Of a stretch of 64,000 bases of DNA, positions 62,064 through 64,000 are shown piece by piece; the first letter of the stretch is position 1; every line of letters starts with the position of its first letter. Source of the stretch: Phoronis australis (Eukaryota > Animalia > Phoronida). Under the pieces are notes generated by a model. That model was given only the letters and a program-made list of their open reading frames with translations, was not told the origin of the DNA and searched no databases. The stretch spans positions 1,724,879 through 1,788,878 of the forward strand of contig NMRA01000008.1 of the NCBI GenBank assembly GCA_002633005.1. Direction: 5' to 3'. Made by a program: the position numbers and the translations under genes.

Positions 62064-63892
62064 ATCCAGGTACAAGAAGCGCATCAGTAATGCGTAGGTG
62101 TAAATCATCAAGATATCAAGAGACAGTGACTTCGGGTAATTTAATTTTTGCTTTCCAATTCGCCATAGCACCGTAAATCGAGTCCAACGAATTTCGTATT
62201 CGACAGGGTCGGACCCATGTGCGAGAAGTTATCTGACGATTACAAACAACGAATGCTAGAAATTACGCAGCGTGTTGGAAGCCGTTAAATACACAGTTTT
62301 CAACAGGTGATGATAAGCTGGGCAAATATTGGAATTTGTTCAGCCCGATGGTGTCCCAAAACAAGTAATGCGATAATTGGTAAATGTATATTGAGCATGA
62401 AACAATGGAATGAATGAATAATTAATGTAAATGTCCATAAATTCCGCATAGTTATTTGAGTGATCGATTTTTCGTTGTAATATCCAATTTCTGCAAGGTT
62501 GCAAATAAAGAAGAAAAAAAATTGTAATATGTCATTCTGTGATTATGTCCTCTATGTCTTGAAATTTATGCGTGGTTGCATCATATTTCAAGGGCTTTCA
62601 ACGTCAAATGTGTATAAAAATAAGCACCGATGTTTAATTTCGCTTATTGGTTTGTACTGTTACCGTTCGAGCGCAAGTAACGTGAGTCTTGTCAACACTT
62701 AAGGTAAATTGGAACCTTTTGTCTCCACACGCATTGATTGATGAACGCATGGTGTTGTGTCGTAACTATGAGCAACCAGTCTGTAAAGTGCAACACGTGA
62801 CGAACACGATATAACGAGATTTTTACGCAATGCCATTCGAAACCCTAAAATCTCCTCGAGTTAAGCGAGCAATATTGCATAGGACCTCTCTTCTTGTATT
62901 TGATTAGGTTTGTGGCTCATTAGAAAAGAAATGCGGCTTATGAAAAATTCTGACTTGCGAAAAGAACGTTAATGAGAATGGCCTTGAGATCTGCATCAGG
63001 TAGGGACCTTGTCCATTCTGATGTTGACTTACCGAGAATTTTTACAAACAAATACCTTCTAAATGGACACCTTTGGGACGTTTGGAGTCAAAATTTCTTA
63101 AGGTTTGTGTAGTTCCCAAAAATGAAGTGTTTGCAAACGCTAGTGTAAACGATTCGTTATCCAGTCATAGTCAAACTCAGACATAAGGACTGAAGTCCAG
63201 AAAGCCAAGACATTACCTTGCTCTTGCGTCGGAAAATATTTGATTTTGGATCGAAAATAGTGAATTCTATCCCATAATTCAATATTCCAACCTCACCGAC
63301 CAATCAGTGAACAGTGGCCACCATTTTGTTAGGTTGAACTATTAGGGTATCGCACAAACTCGCGGTACACTGGCTTTTCTCGTCAGAAACTTGGTCTATG
63401 GGAAGTTACCTCGGCTAGTCAGTTGTATGATGGGGAAATCTTCTTTAGTTTTGACCAGAGCTGTAAAACAAACAATCCGTTTTGCTGTTGTCTGCTAGAC
63501 ATTTGCTAAAATCAAAGCCATGAACTTTGCACGTTAAGTACGCCTACGTCGCTAACTCTATTCCGAATTGAGGCTGACCAGCTTTCTCGTCGAGAGCGCC
63601 CTCGATATTACTTCGAGAAAGTGTCATGTAAATATCGGAGTTAAAAAATTGCGCGGGGTTGGCCGTGGAACATTTTGACGCAAAATTTTCGCTTTCGAAG
63701 GTCCGGTTTGCTGCCGATGGGGCACGCTACATAAGTGGGCTATGTTCGCTCCTACAGTAGTCTTGAACCCGGAGAGCCGTTTGTACATCTCTAACATGTG
63801 CTTGTTGATTGATCAATCAGTGATGAGGTCAACTACTTTAGATGTCGATCTTTGAAAAAGCTTAGTATATGTAGATTATTACATGGCGAAGT

Positions 63893-63990
63893 CGTTATAC
63901 CCCGTTATCTAGAGCCCGAGTGGCTTTTGGAGAATTATCGCCCGAGGGGCAATATTAGCCTCGAATGGCAGATATAACCGTGTAATAACC
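63893..63990. repeat. Small imperfect inverted-repeat element
   Basis: gttatacccgttatct ... agatataaccgtgtaataac, with internal gcccgag repeats. Confidence 0.4.
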
Positions 63991-64000
63991 CATCAAGCTA

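Overview
AT-rich, intron-containing metazoan (invertebrate-like) nuclear DNA; nothing prokaryotic. Most short ORFs in the track are spurious. I spliced exons by hand using GT-AG sites and phase continuity, which gave five complete gene models: MRPL35 (-), MAP9 (+), BNIP1/SEC20 (-), FANK1 (+), and an unnamed secreted protein (-) built as signal peptide / Thr-Ala-Ser mucin / SEA domain with GSIIV cleavage motif / 12-Cys Ly6-uPAR-like domain / GPI signal. The first coding exon of a possible mitochondrial-protein gene runs off the left edge. MRPL35/MAP9 and BNIP1/FANK1 are two consecutive head-to-head pairs, each joining a housekeeping gene to a microtubule/cilia gene. Non-coding DNA holds a 74-bp tandem array with an assembly gap, many MITEs, tRNA-derived SINEs and LINE remnants. 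One of these is a scrambled LINE at 49.4-52.0 kb that contains an inverted RT duplicate and two nested MITEs with 5-bp target-site duplications. Gene names rest on my recall of human protein sequences; no database search was run.
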